Assembly (NCBI GenBank): GCA_028826165.1
Contig: JAPDFW010000102.1
Span: 124,001 to 188,000, forward strand
Source of the DNA: Anaeramoeba ignava BMAN
Lineage: Eukaryota > Protista > Anaeramoebae
Direction: 5' to 3'
DNA: 64,000 bases
Position 1 is the first letter of the stretch. Every line of letters begins with the position of its first letter. Shown here one piece after another: positions 62,430 through 64,000 of the stretch. The notes beneath the pieces are model-generated. The model saw only the letters and a program-made list of their open reading frames with translations, did no database searches and was not told the DNA's origin. The translations under genes were made by a program, and so were the position numbers.

Positions 62430-63825
62430 AGTGGAATAAATCTATAAATCAAAAGTGGAATAAATTTGTAAATAAATTTGTAAATAAATTTATAAATAAA
62501 AAGTGGAATAAATTTTAAATAAATTTGTAAATAAATTTATAAATAAAAAGTGGAATAAATATATAAATAAATTTGTAAATAAATTTATAAATAAATATAT
62601 AAATAAATTTGTAAATAAATATATAAATAAATTTGTAAATAAATATATAAATAAAAAGTGGAATAAAATTTTGTAAATAAATTTATAAATAAATATATAA
62701 AAATAAAATGTAAAAATAAATTTGTAAAAAAAATAAATAAAATTTATAAATAAAATTTGAATAAATATATAAATAAATTTGTAAAATAAATTTGTAAATA
62801 AATTTGTAAATAAATATAAAATAAATTTATAAATAAATTTGTGAAATAAATTTGTAAATAAATTTTAAATAAATTTGTAAATAAATTTGTAAAAAAATAT
62901 GTAAATAAAAATTTATAAATAAAATTTATAAATAAATAAAAATTTGGAATAAATTTATAAAAAGTGGAATAAATAACTATAAATATAAATAAATTTATAA
63001 ATAAATTTATAAATAAATAATAAATTTATAAATAAATTTATAAATAAATATAAATAAATAAAATTTATAAAAATAAATTTGTAAATAAATTTGTAAATAA
63101 ATTTGTAAATAAAATCTATAAATAAATTTGTAAATAAAATTGTAAATAAATTTGTAAATAAAAATTGTAAAAAAAAACTGTAAATAAATTTAAATAAAAT
63201 AAATAAAACTTAAATAAATAAATAAAAAAAAGTGGAATAAATATATAAATCAATTTGTAAATAAAAAGTGGAATAAATTTGTAAATAAATTTATAAATAA
63301 ATTTATAAATAAATTTATAAATAAATCTGTAAAATAAATTTGTAAACAAATTTATAAATAAATTTGTAAAATAAATTTGTAAATAAATTTATAAACAAAA
63401 ATAAATAAAATAAAATTTATAAATAAAATTTATAAATAAATTTATAAATAAATTTGTAAATAAATCATAAAATAAATTTATAAATAAAATTTTAAATAAA
63501 TTTATAAATAAATTTGGAAAAATAAATAAATTTATAAATAAATTTGTAAATAAATTTGTAAATAAAATAAATTTGTAAATAAACATATAAATAAATTTAT
63601 AAATAAATTTATAAATAAATTTATAAATAAATTTGTAAATAAATATGTAAATAAATTTGTAAATAAATATATAAATAAATTTATAAATAAATTTATAAAT
63701 AAAAAGTGGAATAAATTTATAAATAAATTTATGTAAATAAATTTGTAAATAAATTTGTAAATAAATTTATGAATAAATTTATAAATAAATTTGTAAATAA
63801 ATTTATAAATAAATTTGTAAATAAA
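62430..63825. repeat. Intergenic 12-nt array (AAATAAATTTGT/AAATAAATTTAT) with interspersed AAAGTGGAATAAA
   Basis: Tandem array upstream of protease copy 2. Confidence 0.9.
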
Positions 63826-64000
63826 AGAAAAAGAAAAAGAATGAGAGAGAAAGTTGTTCATTTTTGTTTTTGAGTTTTCCATTAAAATTAAAGAAAAAAT
63901 TAAAGAAAAATTGAAAGAAAAAAAAATAATTTTGTTCCACTTTTTGATTGGATTTGATTGAATTTGATTGGATTTGATTTTGATTTTTTTAAAAGAAATT

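Noticed and set aside
1-64000. Inteins, alternative genetic code, tRNA/rRNA genes
   Set aside because: No Hint/LAGLIDADG-like insertions interrupt the conserved domains. All three stop codons terminate genes normally. No stretch has the GC content or structure of tRNA or rRNA.

Overview
Extremely AT-rich, intron-rich eukaryotic nuclear DNA using the standard code (TAA, TAG and TGA all act as stops). The EN/QN homorepeats, the BTB-BACK-TLDc gene family and the repeat-filled introns resemble the metamonad amoeba Anaeramoeba; this is an inference, not verified. I reconstructed 17 protein-coding genes by hand-splicing GT-AG introns: an eIF4A-like DEAD-box helicase with an apparent LSm14/Scd6-type N-terminal domain (5' end outside the window), CstF-77, SLX9, an N-BAR protein, a tandem PH-like protein, BAG6, a DHHC-family palmitoyltransferase, EDC4/Ge-1, a PBX-like TALE homeobox protein, a USP, a signal-anchored ARM protein, a ~10 kb BEACH protein, BTB-BACK-TLDc, G-alpha, a divergent eIF4E, NOP16 and a tandem pair of papain-family proteases with an FN3-like domain and GPI signal (the pair counted as two). 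Most intergenic gaps are only ~70-320 bp, yet many introns are inflated to 0.4-2 kb by simple repeats. A ~143-bp satellite occupies the longest intergenic gap. About eight single-base frameshifts suggest residual assembly errors. Most KIKI/FDFD/ILIL ORFs in the track are artefacts of reading microsatellites. The most notable items are the LSm14-eIF4A fusion, the C1A-FN3-GPI proteases with a conserved 8-nt micro-exon and independently expanded introns, the PBC+TALE homeobox, and the satellite. I found no tRNA, rRNA, transposase, intein or CRISPR array.
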